NCBI GenBank assembly: GCA_010015805.1
Contig: ML978121.1
Location: 1,612,001 to 1,676,000 of the forward strand
From: Rhizodiscina lignyota
Lineage: Eukaryota
DNA: 64,000 bases
Direction of reading: 5' to 3'
This document shows positions 37,160 to 52,612 of the stretch, one piece after another. The notes beneath the pieces are model-generated. The model was not told where the DNA came from. It did no database searches and was given only the letters and a program-made list of their open reading frames with translations. Positions within the stretch are counted from its first letter, which is position 1; each line of letters begins with the position of its first letter. The translations under genes were made by a program, and so were the position numbers.

Positions 37160-37752
37160 TGGCATTAGAATCGGTGCAAGCCAAAAGCTTCATGCTACTT
37201 TGAGGGATGGTCTTGGAAATGCGAAGGAGTGACGATCGGTAGAGCCGAAGTCGTTCGGGGCCGGCGGAGTTGATCTCGTACTATTTTTGGAAACACTTTG
37301 CTTCACCGGTGCTGATTATCATCTGCTCACGCTAGCATACCCGCTTCCAAGTTAAATATCGATTAAAGACCACTTTTGTATCGTTTCATTCACACACTAA
37401 GCCACACATTTGATGGGCCACAACTTTTGATTAGTCTCCTGAATCCCATAGTGATGAGTGTTGCTGCCACCAACGTGGAGATCTTTCGCGTGACTTTATC
37501 TCTCTGGATGCCAAATAGCAATCTGTCCCTCTCGATCGCTTCTTTACACTTCACGCGTGCTGTTTCGGTGTCCTGAAATGGCCGGCCTTGATTCATCTAT
37601 TTTTGAGTTCTTTAAGTGTCCGAGACTCGTAATCTCGGGACTATTTCAAGCCGAATTGGACGCCTTATTTTCAAATACATAACGTTCACAGTAGCATCTT
37701 CGCCTGAATGAATTAAAACCCTTACTCCAAAGTCATATTTTTGTAGCTCGAA

Positions 37753-38961
37753 ATGAATGGCCCCAAATTTCCTATCCCAGAAGAGTTCCGCTCTCAGGTT
37801 CATCATGTTGACAGCCTCGACAACCGATCGGACGAGGAGATTCTCCATTCTCTCACAAAACCGGTCGCCTTGACATCGGAGAAGAACATATGGACCTATT
37901 GGCATGCCGGAGTTCGCGAGATGTCCGCTTGGTGCCAACGGAATGTTTTCAACTGGATCCGCCTCTGCGGCCCATCTTGGTCTGTTCGAGTTCTCGACAA
38001 CATCCCGGACTCGCCCAACAATGCCCTCAAATGGGTCACACCAGATCTGCTACCCGATACGTTTGTCAAAGGCACAATGGATGGGCCCTACGTTGGACCC
38101 CACAGCGCCGACTTTCTGAGGGGCGCATGTCTTCAACTGCACGGAGGAGTGTGGATGGACGTTGGTTGCATTTTGATACGGTCAATAGACATGATCTGTT
38201 GGAAGCAGCTAGAAGATCCGGAGTCGCCTTTCGAAGTCTCGTGTCCTTGGATGTATGGCACTATGATGGCAAATCATTTTGTTGCAAGTCGGAAGGGCAA
38301 CCAGTTCATCGAGTACTGGTAAGAGGTAAGGATCTCAACATGGGTGCTCGTGCTGACACCTCATAGGCACAAACTCTTTATTCATTTGTGGCAGGGCCGT
38401 ACAAATCCCGGAGGCATTCTTCAGAATCCTCTTGTGCAGTTTGGCTCAGAAGTGAAATTCGAGGACTCACAAGCGCGCAACTTCCACTGGGATTTTAAAG
38501 TCGACATAAAAACCGTCATGGAATATATTGGGCAAGTCCTTGCATGGCTCCGACTGTGTATGCTTGAGGAACCGAACGGATTCAACGCTCGAGAGTATTA
38601 CGGCAACAGAGTCCCGATAGAGGACACGGTCGGATTCACTGGCCAACAGCTCTTCAACGTGCTTGCAACGCGACTGGATGCGCAATCAGAGGAGTACAAA
38701 GCGGCTTACAAGACAATCTGGAGAGTATTGACTCGCGCGACAATGCAGAAGATCACACACGGAAAGAATCTTACTAAGACCGAGGCCTTGGGCGTTCTCT
38801 GGGACAAGCCGGAGAACGAAGGCAAGGATATCGAGCCCGGGACGTTCGCAGAGCTGCTTCGGTATGGGAGTGTATACTTTGAGCAAGACCGAAAGGAAAT
38901 AGATTACGTTAAAGCTGAAATGCCTGACCATGTCATCAGAAAGGGACTGTTGGAGCCATAG
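37753..38961 (+). CDS. Capsule polysaccharide biosynthesis-like glycosyltransferase (GT32-like); 2 exons
   Basis: Motifs SEKNIWTYWHAG, HSADFLRGACL, HGGVWMDVG and NHFVASRKGN. Intron at ~38319. Confidence 0.8.
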
Positions 38962-39026
38962 ATAAGCAGAATGTTCCGGAGACTCTGTTGCGGACCTTAC
39001 AAAATTGTATCATTGCGTACATCTCC

Positions 39027-41280
<2,254 letters not shown>

Positions 41281-42180
41281 TTACGGATCCTCAAGTCTGC
41301 TTGTTTAGCTCTTATGTTGTAGCCATCCTTGGCCGCGAGGAAGTAGAGCTTAGACCGGTTGAATTCAAGCGTGCGCATTATTACGACCATAGATAGATCC
41401 TTCAAGCGCACAATTGGAGGAGTCCCCAGTCCTATCGCGCTTAACCGGATACTGATTACTACCGCTGGCAATTGATGGCCACAGGAGATTATAGTCAGTT
41501 ATTAATTCCTTTCTATTCTTGTCAGGGGCGAATTAGCTCTTGAAGAAATTACACTCAGCCTAACACGGCCTTCTGAACGCCGGCGGTACGCCGATTGCCC
41601 GTAGGGCATAAAGGCACGAGAATAATTCTTGGAGAGCAGCTCAATACTACTGAACCGATGAGCTTCGTGATAGATGTGTAATTAATGAGATAAGTCTGGA
41701 AGGCTGCTTCCTCAGGCAGAACAGCAGCGATCTTGCGAGACTCTGACGAGTGGTGGTTGTGACGGCCGTCCCTGAAATTCAAATCATCGCGGTCGAGCAT
41801 AAGTACGAGACTGTTCCGTGCGAGTCGCGCGTCAAAATCACTCGATTGAGGATGCATATTCACTGAAACAATGAAGTACGAATGGCCTGGGTCGCTGTGT
41901 CGCTGTGTCGTCGTGTCGTGAAGCCAGACGGAACCGTTGCCATTTGGGGGCTTTACTTTCTTGGCGGCGGAATGTAAGGCTCCCGATTGGAAGCTCGTTG
42001 CTGTACTCTATTCCGTACTGGCTCGCACTTCCTCCAGGCAGTCACTGTTACGTGAGCTCTCCTCACAGCACTTCAAGTACTCTGCACGTGGCTGAAAATG
42101 AACGAAACGACTTCGTTTACACGCGTCTGAACGCTCTTTCTGTCAAGGTCTCGAGGTTTGAGACCGGGGTTTTGGCGGCG

Positions 42181-43133
42181 ATGGCAGAACACAGCAAAGC
42201 TTTCTTCGAGAAGACCGACGAAGGCGAGGTCAAGAAGCGTCAGGAGGCATTTACCCAGTTCCTTGTCGATGCTCCCACAACAGCGAAGCTTGCAGAAGCA
42301 CGAAAGTTGCTTGAAGTCTACTCCCGTGTCAAGTCAGAGGAAGTTCTTCCTCATGTGATTGCTATTGTGAGTGGGTGATTACTCACAACCGCATAGTCAG
42401 ACGGGTTGACGAATCACAGCGTAATAAAGCTTGGAAGATAGTATGAGCATTTGACTGGTCTATCCCGCGTCAGCTCTTGCTTATAGCATGAAGGACCCTT
42501 TCCCTTGCATCGGCCAGTTCAACTTTTTGGACCTCAGTGTCAGTAGATCGCCGTTCTACCCCGAAGTTCTTGAGCGTGTCAAGCATGGGCACAAACTTCT
42601 GGATCTGGGGTGTTGTCTTGGGTGCGAAATTAGGGCTTTTGTGAGGCAATTTCGTTTCTTATTCATCCACACTACGATATTTCGCCACTCGGAGTTTTTG
42701 TGGCTGATCTCATGGTGGACTAGGTTGCAGATGGCGCTCCATCTGAGAATCTGTATGGCTCAGATATCAATTCTCACTTCCTAGCTCTGGGATACGACCT
42801 GTTTCTGGACAAGTCAACGCTGAAATCCACTTTCATCGCCGCCGACCTTTTCGCGAGTCCGTCTCCTCTCGACTCCCTGAACGGACAGATGAACATCGTC
42901 TATGCGGCTTCGGTCATACACCTATTTGATAGGCCAGGGCAAAAAAAGGTAGTTCAGCGCATTACTCAGCTGCTGGTAACGGAACCTGATAGTATTTGCC
43001 TTGGAAGACAAGTTGGTGACAATGGGACGTAACCGCCAACTTAGTTATAGATGACCCAGGGTGCCTAATCAAGGACAGACCAGGATATGAAAAAAGCGGC
43101 TTCCTCATTTTCTGCGTACGCAGAGTGACTTGA
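42181..43133 (+). pseudogene. Class I SAM-dependent methyltransferase (AusD/Trt5-like) with an internal deletion and frameshift
   Basis: [43 protein letters not shown]. The frame stops at RQVGDNGT*, while the family-type tail QWDVTANL...FLIFCVRRVT* continues in another frame from 43020. Confidence 0.72.
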
Positions 43134-43613
43134 TCCGAGCGGTTTTCTCATATTGCAGTTAATTTTTTGCCACGGACTGTTACGTTTGCTTCGCGAAATT
43201 TTCTGTTCACAGCGTATTTCTTTCAAGTCATTGTCATCGTTGCTCAGATGCTTACGGGGTCCCGGAACGTTCCATTCATGTCTGACGCCCAGTTCTCTCG
43301 CAACAGATTGGCATAAGATTAAGGCAAAATTAACTAAGGGCTCTGTCCAACTCGCACGTTGCGCGCGTTCCAGAGTCTTACACATTCGTACCTCTTCCCA
43401 ATTAGGGTCCCGCTCACTTCAGCTGACTCCAAACAAAAGTTGCCTCTGCGCAAGCTCGCTAATTCATATAAGACCACAAGACACCACTACTGAAATCTTC
43501 TCAAGTTTATCGATTGAGTTTACGCCGCGCTTGCTCGCGTGTATTTGCAGGGACTTCTTCAGCCGTACCATCCGCACGCATCGGACGAGACGACCTTCGT
43601 GACACCAGCAGCC

Positions 43614-44405
43614 ATGGACATTGCGGATAGTTCAGGGCCAGCTCTACAACTGAAACCAGAGCAATCTATAATATACTCGAACAGGCAGCTACAAAGTCCT
43701 TTTTTCAACAAGCTTCCATGCGAGCTCCGCCTCGAGATTTACAAACTCGTCTTCACGGTACCGGTGCATATCGAAGTTGGCGAACACGCATCATGGGACG
43801 ATCTGAAACAGCAATTCTCGATCCTTCTGACCTGTAAGCGCCTGTGTGTCGAAGCACAGGATATTCCGTTCGAAATCAATACCTTCCGTGACTCTCTCTG
43901 GAGCTATAAAGCTTGTCGACTCGAAGACAGCAGAGCTCGAAACGTTGCCCCTCGGATATGCCACCTCCAGCTCAATTTCCACGCATGGCGCTACCTGGAT
44001 TTCAAGTGCCCACTTGTAAACGACTTCAAGGAATTGCGAGAGCAAATTGCGAACTTCAAGCAAATCTTCAACCAATGTGGAAATCTAAGAAGTCTCGAAA
44101 TCCATATCCATGAATACAACGGGAATAAGGACCTCCTGGAGAGAGGGATACGGATTCTAGAAGACTTGAAATTAGGCAGTTGCAGAGTCACCATAGCCAA
44201 CTGGGCGGTCGCCGGAGTCAGCGAAGAATGTGTTGAGGAATTGTCGAATGCACTCAACGTGGCAGATGCGGTCAATGGAGGTGGCGGCATGTGGGCGGAG
44301 AGCGCGACTAGCTACAGAGTGGTACGCGCAAAGCATTGTGCATATCATTGTTGTAGAGGAATGACACTGAAATTCAAAAGGTCGAAGACGAGTGCGGCGT
44401 TCTGA
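43614..44405 (+). CDS. Hypothetical protein with F-box-like SPFFxLPxELRxxIY motif
   Basis: Intact ORF with QSPFFNKLPCELRLEIYKLVF...SILLTCKRLCVEA...NLRSLEI. Confidence 0.7.
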   Translation: MDIADSSGPALQLKPEQSIIYSNRQLQSPFFNKLPCELRLEIYKLVFTVPVHIEVGEHASWDDLKQQFSILLTCKRLCVEAQDIPFEINTFRDSLWSYKACRLEDSRARNVAPRICHLQLNFHAWRYLDFKCPLVNDFKELREQIANFKQIFNQCGNLRSLEIHIHEYNGNKDLLERGIRILEDLKLGSCRVTIANWAVAGVSEECVEELSNALNVADAVNGGGGMWAESATSYRVVRAKHCAYHCCRGMTLKFKRSKTSAAF

Positions 44406-45032
44406 CGGGCCTCCATTAACCAGTTTCTCCACTCGCGAGGACACTATTCGAAAAAGCTCCCGTTGCCTCGAGCAAAATCTGGACCACCTCAGCTGCAAGA
44501 CTAAAAAGACCACATGACGACATAAGCATTCATGTTAGATCTTACTCCTCAAAGCCCGAACGATTACACCGCGCCGTGGACTTCCGCAGCTTGGCTAGCG
44601 GAGCCTGAGTGGGAAAGTCGGCCGTCGATTCCGAATTTCGACCGATCTTGTCCCGAGCCTGAAAAGTTGTTCAAGAATTGGAATTGTGAAAGTTAGCCGT
44701 TGGGCCTTGTCCGTTTGTTTTGTCTGCTCCAAGCTAGAATGGCAAATGGGGAGATGAAATCCCAGAAAACATGGATATGCTGATATATCGGCCACTGAGC
44801 CAGTTCGCAGGGCGCCGTGACAATGAATACATGGAGGATACCAAATGTACACTTGTCACTTTATGTTACTGTTTCGTCTTACCAGCCTTGAAGTATCTCT
44901 TTTTGTCACCTATCCAAAGTCTGTAAGGTCGATCGAAGACGATATCGAGCCGGAGTATGTACAGGCACAGCTCGAGAGGCAGGAGTAGTTGATACACAAG
45001 AACCAATGCCAGTATTGAGCGAAACAACTCTC

Positions 45033-46010
45033 TCACACCCCTTTTGCAAACGCAAATCCTCCTGCAGCCTTGTCGAACTTGACGCACTCTACCAGACCAA
45101 CAGCGTTGAAAAGCCCTTTGACGCCCTCTTGTTTCTGTCTCTCTGTAACTTTCATATCCCCCGTACCCTTCAACTGTGCACATGCGGCACTAGTACTTTC
45201 ATACACAGCAGTCAGCGCCAGACCGGGATAAATGATTAGCTTGAAACCCATCTGCTGCGCTTCTTGACTAGTCATGTGCGGTGTTGCTCCTCCTGGGACG
45301 CTATTCAGTAGTACAGGTGTAGGTGCGAGGTCGATACAAATCTGGCGACACTGGTCAAGCGATGTTGGTCCTTCCAGGAATCCTACGTCTGCACCGATCT
45401 CAATTGCTTTCCTGAGACGCCCGCAAGCTTCGCTATAACCGAGCTGCTGAAGTGCGTCTGTCCGAGCGATTAGAACAATATCCTGACCGAGAGTCTGCCG
45501 CATCTCTTCTCGAGCCAGGACCGCAGCACGGATTCGTGAGAGGAATGTCTCCTCATCGACCAGTTCTTTCCCGGCTAGGTGACCGCATCGCTTTGTCTGT
45601 ACTTGGTCTTCTAGATGCATTGCAGCGATTCCAGCAGTTATGTATGACTTGACGGTCCGCGCAACCATGATCGGACCACCGTAGCCAGTGTCCGCATCTG
45701 CGATCACTGGCACCGTGCGGTCCAACGAAGCGATCATCGCCGCGTTTTCGAGCATCTCATTCAGAGTTATAACACCGAGATCTGGCATACCCAGCCGCGA
45801 AACTGCTGTGCCTGCCCCTGTCTTTGATTCCGGTTAACATCACGAAGGAGCCTGAAAGTCAGTGAGGCGTACAACGTAAAGACAATCAAATCCTTCCCTT
45901 AGCGCCAGGCGGGCTGTGAGCCCGTCATAGACTCCTGGGCATATGGTAATCTTGCCATCTCTGGAAAGAAGCTCATGAAGACGAGCTGCTGCTGACTTGG
46001 GACCGGTCAT
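45033..46010 (-). CDS. Isocitrate lyase/PEP mutase family C-C lyase (2,3-dimethylmalate lyase / methylisocitrate lyase-like); 2 exons
   Basis: Motifs CPGVYDGLTAR, TGAG, IADADTGYGG, HLEDQVQTKRCGHLAGK and IARTDA. LIIYPG carries Pro where oxaloacetate hydrolases carry their diagnostic Ser. Confidence 0.9.
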
Positions 46011-46917
46011 TGGCACGGCGTAAGAGTAGGTTACTTGGTGAAACAGCCTGTTCGCAAAAATTTAGTATGTCTGCATAGAGCTTCGAAATTCTGAGATATA
46101 TGTTAGCTCATTTGATTCCTGAAAACAATGTAGTAGAATATTCTCCGACGCCCCCAAGTTGAGGACTTCGGCGGTGCCGATCTGGTCGGAGTAGAGCGGC
46201 CAAGGACACAACGAGCGCAATAAATTCCTCATTTGGAAGCTATCCGCATTTCACCGAGTTTAAGGCAAATAACATTGGCGATACTGCTCAAGCGGCGACA
46301 CGAACGAGGTGTGGTTTTTGAACATGAAAGGTCGACAGTATCTGTAATGAAGAGCAGTCTTTAGGATGCTGATCCTCTATCCTACCGTCATCTCAATATT
46401 CTTTACCCCAATCTCCAAGAACTGGCAACTCTCCTCACCATGCGGCCCCTTGGCTAGGCCTTGGGCATAGTCAATAGAAGAGCGATTATCCACCTTCGTG
46501 ACAAGGTCACAAGGATGATGTAGATGTCCTAATGTCCCATGAAACATACACAATGCGCGCGCCCAGTGCTCCGCTGGCCGACCTGACAAGCTGACCCAGC
46601 CTAGCCCGCTTTTGGTATGGACGCGTTCCAGCGCGTCGTGCGCGTTATGTCGATTGAAAGTAGCTCTGCTCCCTTCTTCCAAACTATGCTTTGGACATGT
46701 GCTAACTTTTTCTTGTAATGCGACTTCTCGAGCAGTCGTGTGATGCACAAAATTGGAATGCAGCGCCTTTGTGTCGAGAAGGATGTGGACCGTCGCCGCC
46801 TAGCTGTCTCAGAGACTCCCTCGGTTGATGAATCCCGATCTGCCTGTAGTGCCTTTGATGCCACTTATTAGATTGTTCAATTGCCTTCCGTCTCCGTCAT
46901 CATCAAACGCATTGGAC

Positions 46918-47742
46918 ATGGAGCAGGAATCGATTTCCTTCATTTCGTCGCTTGCCAATCGAGCAAAGGCTGTTGGAGCCGAAGACACTTGGTATTGCAT
47001 TGCGGTAAAGGCACCTCTTTTGATCTATATCTCATCTTTTAACGTGGTCCAAGGCTTGTTCCTTTGCAGCATGCAACCAGGGCCAATTTCTCGCGGAAGT
47101 GTATCGAACAGCCATCGCGCCTCATCAGGCAGATCACCAAGCGAACCAAGTTAAGCTTCAGCGGATCAAAGGTCCTCATTCTAGATTTGGGGAACCGAAA
47201 GAAAAGACGACTGAGCTCAATCAGAATCAATCCTTAAAACGTCTATGATCATAAGCATCCCACGAGTTATTAATGCAGCTCGTGCGTTAATTGGAGCCAT
47301 CCCTAATCCCAAGTCGAACGAATCGGCGAGTATTCGCAATCATATCAAAGAACCTAGCGTCACAGACGACCGAGGCCTCGATTACATGCGTAATATATTC
47401 AGAGCCGACCTGGACCCCTTTGTAGCGTATATGGATGCGAACTGGCCCGACTTGAGGACTCTGGTTTGCACATTCATATACGGCTACTGGCAATCCGACG
47501 TTTCCATTATTGATGCTATCACCACCTCCCAGCTTAATATTGCTACATTGATGGCCATGGACGCCCCTCCTGAAGTTGTTTGGCATATGAGAGGTCTCAT
47601 CCGCAATGGAGGCACTCGGGAACAGCTTCAATTTGCTACTGACATCGCGATGGAGATCTGTCAGTTGACAAACGTACAGCTAAAGAACCAGATGCCACTC
47701 CCAGAGGACGTCATCAACGAAGAGAGGCTCATCCGAGTCTAA
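46918..47742 (+). CDS. AhpD/carboxymuconolactone decarboxylase-like protein; 3 exons
   Basis: ESILKTSMIISIPRVIN, RGLDYMRNIF, FIYGYWQSD and VVWHMRGLIRNGGT. Divergent from the lyase gene. Confidence 0.7.
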
Positions 47743-47790
47743 GGCCAGAGCCAGTGCCAGCAACGGGTTAGAAATTTAATAACGCTGTTC

Positions 47791-48640
47791 TCAACAATTC
47801 CACCCGCCGTCAATGCTGTAACTTGCGCCTGTAATGTAGCTCGCTTCGTCCGACAACAGGAAAGCGATCAGCTTAGCCACTTCTTCTGGCTGCCCTTCTC
47901 TGCCAAGTGCAACACCAGAAATTGTCTCCGTGTCCCTCGAACCGGCCCCTCCCACGCCCTGCGCAACTTTCTGGGCAGCTCCTGACATGGGTGTATTGAT
48001 CCTTCCTCTTGAGTATGTGAGTATGCATGTCGTATTATGTTTGCACCTTACTTACGAACAGATAACGTTCACTCGAATGCCCCGAGCACCGACCTCCTTC
48101 GCGGCAGATTTTGTCAACCCAAGAACGCCATGTTTACTCGCCGCATATGATGATAGTTTCGGGCGGCCAATGAGACCCGCAATGGAGCCGGCATTGACAA
48201 TCGATCTTCCTTGCTCGAGGTGCTTTAGCTGGGCACGCAAGCAATACACAACTCCCATTACATTAACGCCCAGCATGAACTCCCATTCGCTTCGGCATTC
48301 TTCTATATCCTGCTCGTCGAGTCGATTAAATGCCGATGGATTTGGGAATTACACCTGCCATATTTGCGGCGCCATCTAGCTTCCCAAAACGCTGAACAGT
48401 TTGCTTTATCCATTCTTCTACCTGTGCACCATCTCGGACATCCAAAACGTAGGTAAATATTTCAGCCTTGCATTTCGATTGGATCTCATTAGCAGCTCTT
48501 TTCAGGCCATCGTCTGATAGATCCGCAAGCGAAAGATTTGAACCTCGACTGGCGAGTAACTGTGCTGTAGCATATCCGATTCCTGATGCTGCTCCTGTTA
48601 TGGCTACCACTCGTCCTTTGAACTGCTCGGCGAATGACAT
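47791..48640 (-). CDS. Short-chain dehydrogenase/reductase (classical SDR); 3 exons
   Basis: [13 protein letters not shown], catalytic YAASK, IRVN and [11 protein letters not shown]. Confidence 0.92.
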
Positions 48641-49015
48641 GCTGATGGCCGTTAGGATGTAGTAACTGAGTCCGCGGTTTTATTATGATACCTGCAGCAC
48701 ACGAAAGACCCTATCTGCTGAAGGCATTATGCAATTCCGAGCTCGGAAAACAGTATCCGAATTTACCAAACTTCATGTTAAATGGATTCCGACGATGATT
48801 ACGCTCAGAGATTTGTGTTCGTGACCACAGCTATCCGATGTATCAGCTTCAGGCAGAAGCCTCGTTATCTCGTGTGACGGGTGAGGGACTGCTTGATGAT
48901 CCAGATCTTGAACAGAGCTCAATTTAATATTTAACACTGAGATACTCCTGCTTTCTTCTTCTTTTTCTTGATCCGTATCCATTTGTTTAATACTAACAAG
49001 TCTAAGTTTCCGGCT

Positions 49016-51004
49016 TTATATCTTTCCCCCTTCAAGGAATTTCTTTGGGATTAGAACGGTCTTAGCTCTTAGATACTCCCCCAAATTTTTCGCCAACGTA
49101 TCAAGCTTGGAGCCTGAGTTATAACCTCTGTCCAACTGGTTTTTTAAAAGGAAGTGTACAGCCCGTATATTGCGCATTTCGAACCTGTACACTTTTCCAC
49201 CGGAGTAGTCCTCATCTCCTAAAAGCTCTTTGATTTTCGCAATCGACAATAGACTCCGAAGCCAATCGAATTGCTCCTGTGTGCTCACGTAGAAGCCGAC
49301 GTTTGCGTCGGAAGCCTGGGAATACAATCAGCGGAACTCAAATGTTTCTTCCGAGAGCGATGTACCTTGTCTCCGGACCTAGCCAGCGCGATATATCCCA
49401 AAGGTGCTTCTATGGCCTCTCCGAACAGATCCAGCGAGACTGGATCTGGCGTATCGTAGGAGTCTTGTGCTGGATATTCGCGAGTTTCAGGCGGAAGCGG
49501 TATTTTTGTGGTTCGCTCATCATCGAAAAGCAAATGGAGCTGATGATTGCACACGTTCTGAGGGATGAGCGTCACGAAGTACTCAAAATAAGATTTCGCG
49601 GTCGACTGCCGCAGATCATTGCTCCGGCTCACTCCCGGACAGGATTGCAGAACAGTCTCGTAAAGACGCCTGCTGAAGCCATCTGGGAGGCTCGGATTGA
49701 ACAGCTCGGCGTCTGGTGCCTGGGCAAATATTCGAAAGTCCACAGTTGCTAGTTCTTGATTTCGCGAGTTGATCGGGGATGTTCCGTGGACGTGGAACTT
49801 AAGAAGGGAGAACTTTTTTATCAGCTCTTCGCCAATTGCGTATCTCGCCTGCTCCTCCATCCACTGGCACTTCTCTTCGATATCGAGGCCAACAAGGTAA
49901 AAATGCCATCTGCAAGGACTCAGTGAGGCGTTCTAGAAAGAGGTAAGGTTCCTAAATACTCTGCCTGGTATCCTCCATGCGCTGTGACTCCGACGCGGGT
50001 TGTTGGGGGTGGAGGCAAGCCTTCAATGCCACTGACGTGAACTCTGTCTTCACCTCTTTGCTCCAACTGGATATTATGGATATCTGCGACAGTATCGGAG
50101 TTGAAGTAGAGCGGTCCGGAGATTTCGTAAACAAGCTGGGCGGTGACTGTTTCGGTGTTGACGACACCACCTGTATCCTTCTCTTTGACAATGTCGAACT
50201 CTCCTTTCCAGTCAACCTCAGCGATGGGAAAGCCCATATTCAGGTGTCGCCCTGTTCTCATTAAGTCTTTGAACCGACTGTAATACTTTTCTATCGTTAG
50301 CTTGTTCTATTAATCATGAGTCCATGTACGAACCCCTCCAGTTACAAATGCTGAACATTCTATTATGTGGCCCGCTATCAGAGCTCCAGCTAACTCTTTG
50401 TATTGGTCTGCAGTCCAGGAGTGCCACCATGCTGTAAGGCCTATTGTTGGACCTGCGTCACTAACTCTCCCGCAGATGACAATGTCGGCCCCCTGGCGTA
50501 GCGCTTCAGCGATTCCAAGGCTGCCCAGATATGCCTGAGCGCAAATTGGTTCGAACCCCCATTCCTTGAGGGTCTTACCGTCAGTTGTGCTCCGAAACTC
50601 TGTCCCATCCGCGGCCATTTGCTTGAATTGTAAAGTCACGTCGTCCCCTTCTACCCAAGCCACTTTCATTTGATATCCCGCATCTTGAATGATCTGTTTG
50701 CACACCTTTGCAAGCAACTCAGTATCGCTTGCGCCAGCATTGACTACGAGTTTCGCGCCGTTGCGAGCAAGATCATGGATCGCGGGTTCGAAGCATAGAA
50801 GGAATGTGCTGGCGTATTGTGCATTCTTCTTTCGTTCGTCCAGAGGCTGCTGTTCGAGACTGTCGCCAAATTTCTGCAAAAGCCGTTGTTTCCCAGCTCC
50901 ATAACCGGTCATAACATTCTGCATTCATCAAATCTTCGTCATATACGTAGATAACATCTCCGCTGTAAGAAACGTACTTCGCTTAACCAGTCTCCGACAA
51001 TGAT
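49016..51004 (-). pseudogene. AtuA/DUF1446 family gene 1, body only (first exon displaced to 54543..54620)
   Basis: IIVGDWLSE|NVMT, VNAGASD, GADIVICGRVSDA, AGHIIECS, RSGDKASDANVG, LDTLAKNLGEYLRA. The body splices without stops, but no start codon or RIAGCSG motif lies directly upstream. Confidence 0.8.
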
Positions 51005-51005
51005 T

Positions 51006-51426
51006 CTGGTAAGGGGCGGGCGCTGCTGAGCAATAGCTCAGTCAAATTCTAGTCTCGAGGAATTGAAATTGTCGTGGAGGTGTAGATGCGCATTTTGGTG
51101 CTCAGTGAACTCTCTCTTCAGCTAACCGTCCGGCCTGGGGAAAGAAGAGGCCTCTAAGTCTGGGGAAATCCCGTCCAGCATTGTACCTCCGGTAAACGAA
51201 GCCATCTTGGCAGGTTATCGTCTTCCTTTGCGCACACACGAAGCCAGCAAGGTTCACAGATGCAAGATGCAAGCACGGATAGAACCAGCTATGTTGTGTA
51301 CTCCGCAATTTTCAACTTCTGCAAGAGGTCTAAAAGTGGGGCGCGCTAATATGAGCTAATGATTAAGCGTTTTAACCTTATCTACATATGATTAGCAACA
51401 CGTCGAACAACTCGAAGAATATCCAT
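51006..51426 (-). pseudogene. Degenerate Zn2Cys6 transcription factor N-terminus
   Basis: MDILRVVRRVA..., an intron, then TSCRS*KLRSTQHSWFYPCLHL...C. This is a decayed CxxC-RxRKLRC...PCxxC pattern with stops and frameshifts. Confidence 0.45.
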
Positions 51427-51661
51427 GTTCCAGCACGTCTGATGGCAATGATGTATTTGTCGCGAAGTACTCCGTGCATGCCACCACGAGTCACTAGTGT
51501 TGACATCGATACTTGGCATCCTTCTTGTAACCCGATTCAATAAATCAAGAGTAGAGACGCTCAGTTAATGAGACTGAGTTGTCTAGGTTCTCCAGCGCTA
51601 CATCGCATGCCTCAGAATATATACTCTGAAGAGTAATTTAGCAACAGTTAGAATTGCTGTG

Positions 51662-52612
51662 ATGGCGGCACCAAGAACGAAGAATCCAGTTCCAGAATGG
51701 GTCGAAGTACCTTATCCTCACATCGAGTACAGCCTCATCTCCTTCCCTCGCAAGCACATCCTTCTCGTCACGATAAACCGTCCCCAATATATGAACTGCC
51801 TTCCTGTGGAAGCGACCATTGAGTTAGGAGCGCTGTGGAAGTGGTATGATAACGAGCCCCAGCTGAGGTGTGCGGTCTTCACAGGAGCAGGCGAGAAAGC
51901 ATTCTGTGCGGGAATGGATCTACGTCAGAGGCTTGATATCATCAATACCAACGATATTGCACTTGAGTACCCACAAGGGGGATTTGGGGGGATGAGCAAT
52001 CGAACGGGCAAGAAGCCTATTCTGTCTGCTGTGAACGGGCATGCTCATGATGAGATTCTCCTCCTGCTAGGCTGGTAGTAATTAAGCTCATATGTTCAAG
52101 GCGGCGGCTTCGAGATCGTTCTTAATTCAGACGTTATATTTGCCTCTCCCAACGCTACATTTCGATTGCCCGAAGTCCTCCGCGGCGTAAGCGCTCTCGC
52201 GGGTGCATTGCCTCGCTGTATGTGGCTCTTCGGGAATCACCGCACTATGGACTTGATCCTTACCGGGCGGCAGCTAACAGTGGAGGAAGCCAAGGAATGG
52301 GGTTTGGTCAAGGATATCGTCCCACTGGAGGGACTGTTGGAGAGAGTAATAGCGTATGTGGAAGAGATTGCGTCACATAGTAAGTAATTAACTCCAAATA
52401 TGCTGGAAAAGAACTTATATATTTTAGGCCCAGACGCGGTCATTATCTCCAGGATAGCGGCGAGAGAAGCATGGGAAACGGGTGTGAGCAGGGCCACAAT
52501 GCGAGGCCAGGAGATATATGCGGAGGCGATGTTGAGGAGTAAAAATTCTGCGGAAGGCCTTGCAGCATACAACGAAAGGCGAAGCCCGAAATGGCTCCCG
52601 TCTTACTTGTGA
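51662..52612 (+). pseudogene. Enoyl-CoA hydratase/crotonase (CaiD-like), probably disabled by a splice-donor mutation
   Basis: AFCAGMDL, KPILSAVNGHAH|GGGFEI, LPEVLRG. Intron 52050..52100 starts ATGAGA instead of GTGAGA and contains an in-frame TAG. Confidence 0.7.

Noticed and set aside
38590..38640. Possible short in-frame deletion in the capsule-synthesis-like gene (NRV|PIEDTVG)
   Set aside because: Based only on recollection of homologues; needs an alignment.
46377..46864. ORFs in the lyase/CMD divergent spacer
   Set aside because: No motif support; likely promoter DNA or an unidentifiable remnant.
51102..51135. GRLAEERV as the missing AtuA-1 segment after FTDRVFA
   Set aside because: No splice or frame solution joins it to IIVGDWLSE. 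It is better explained as part of the Zn2Cys6 relic.
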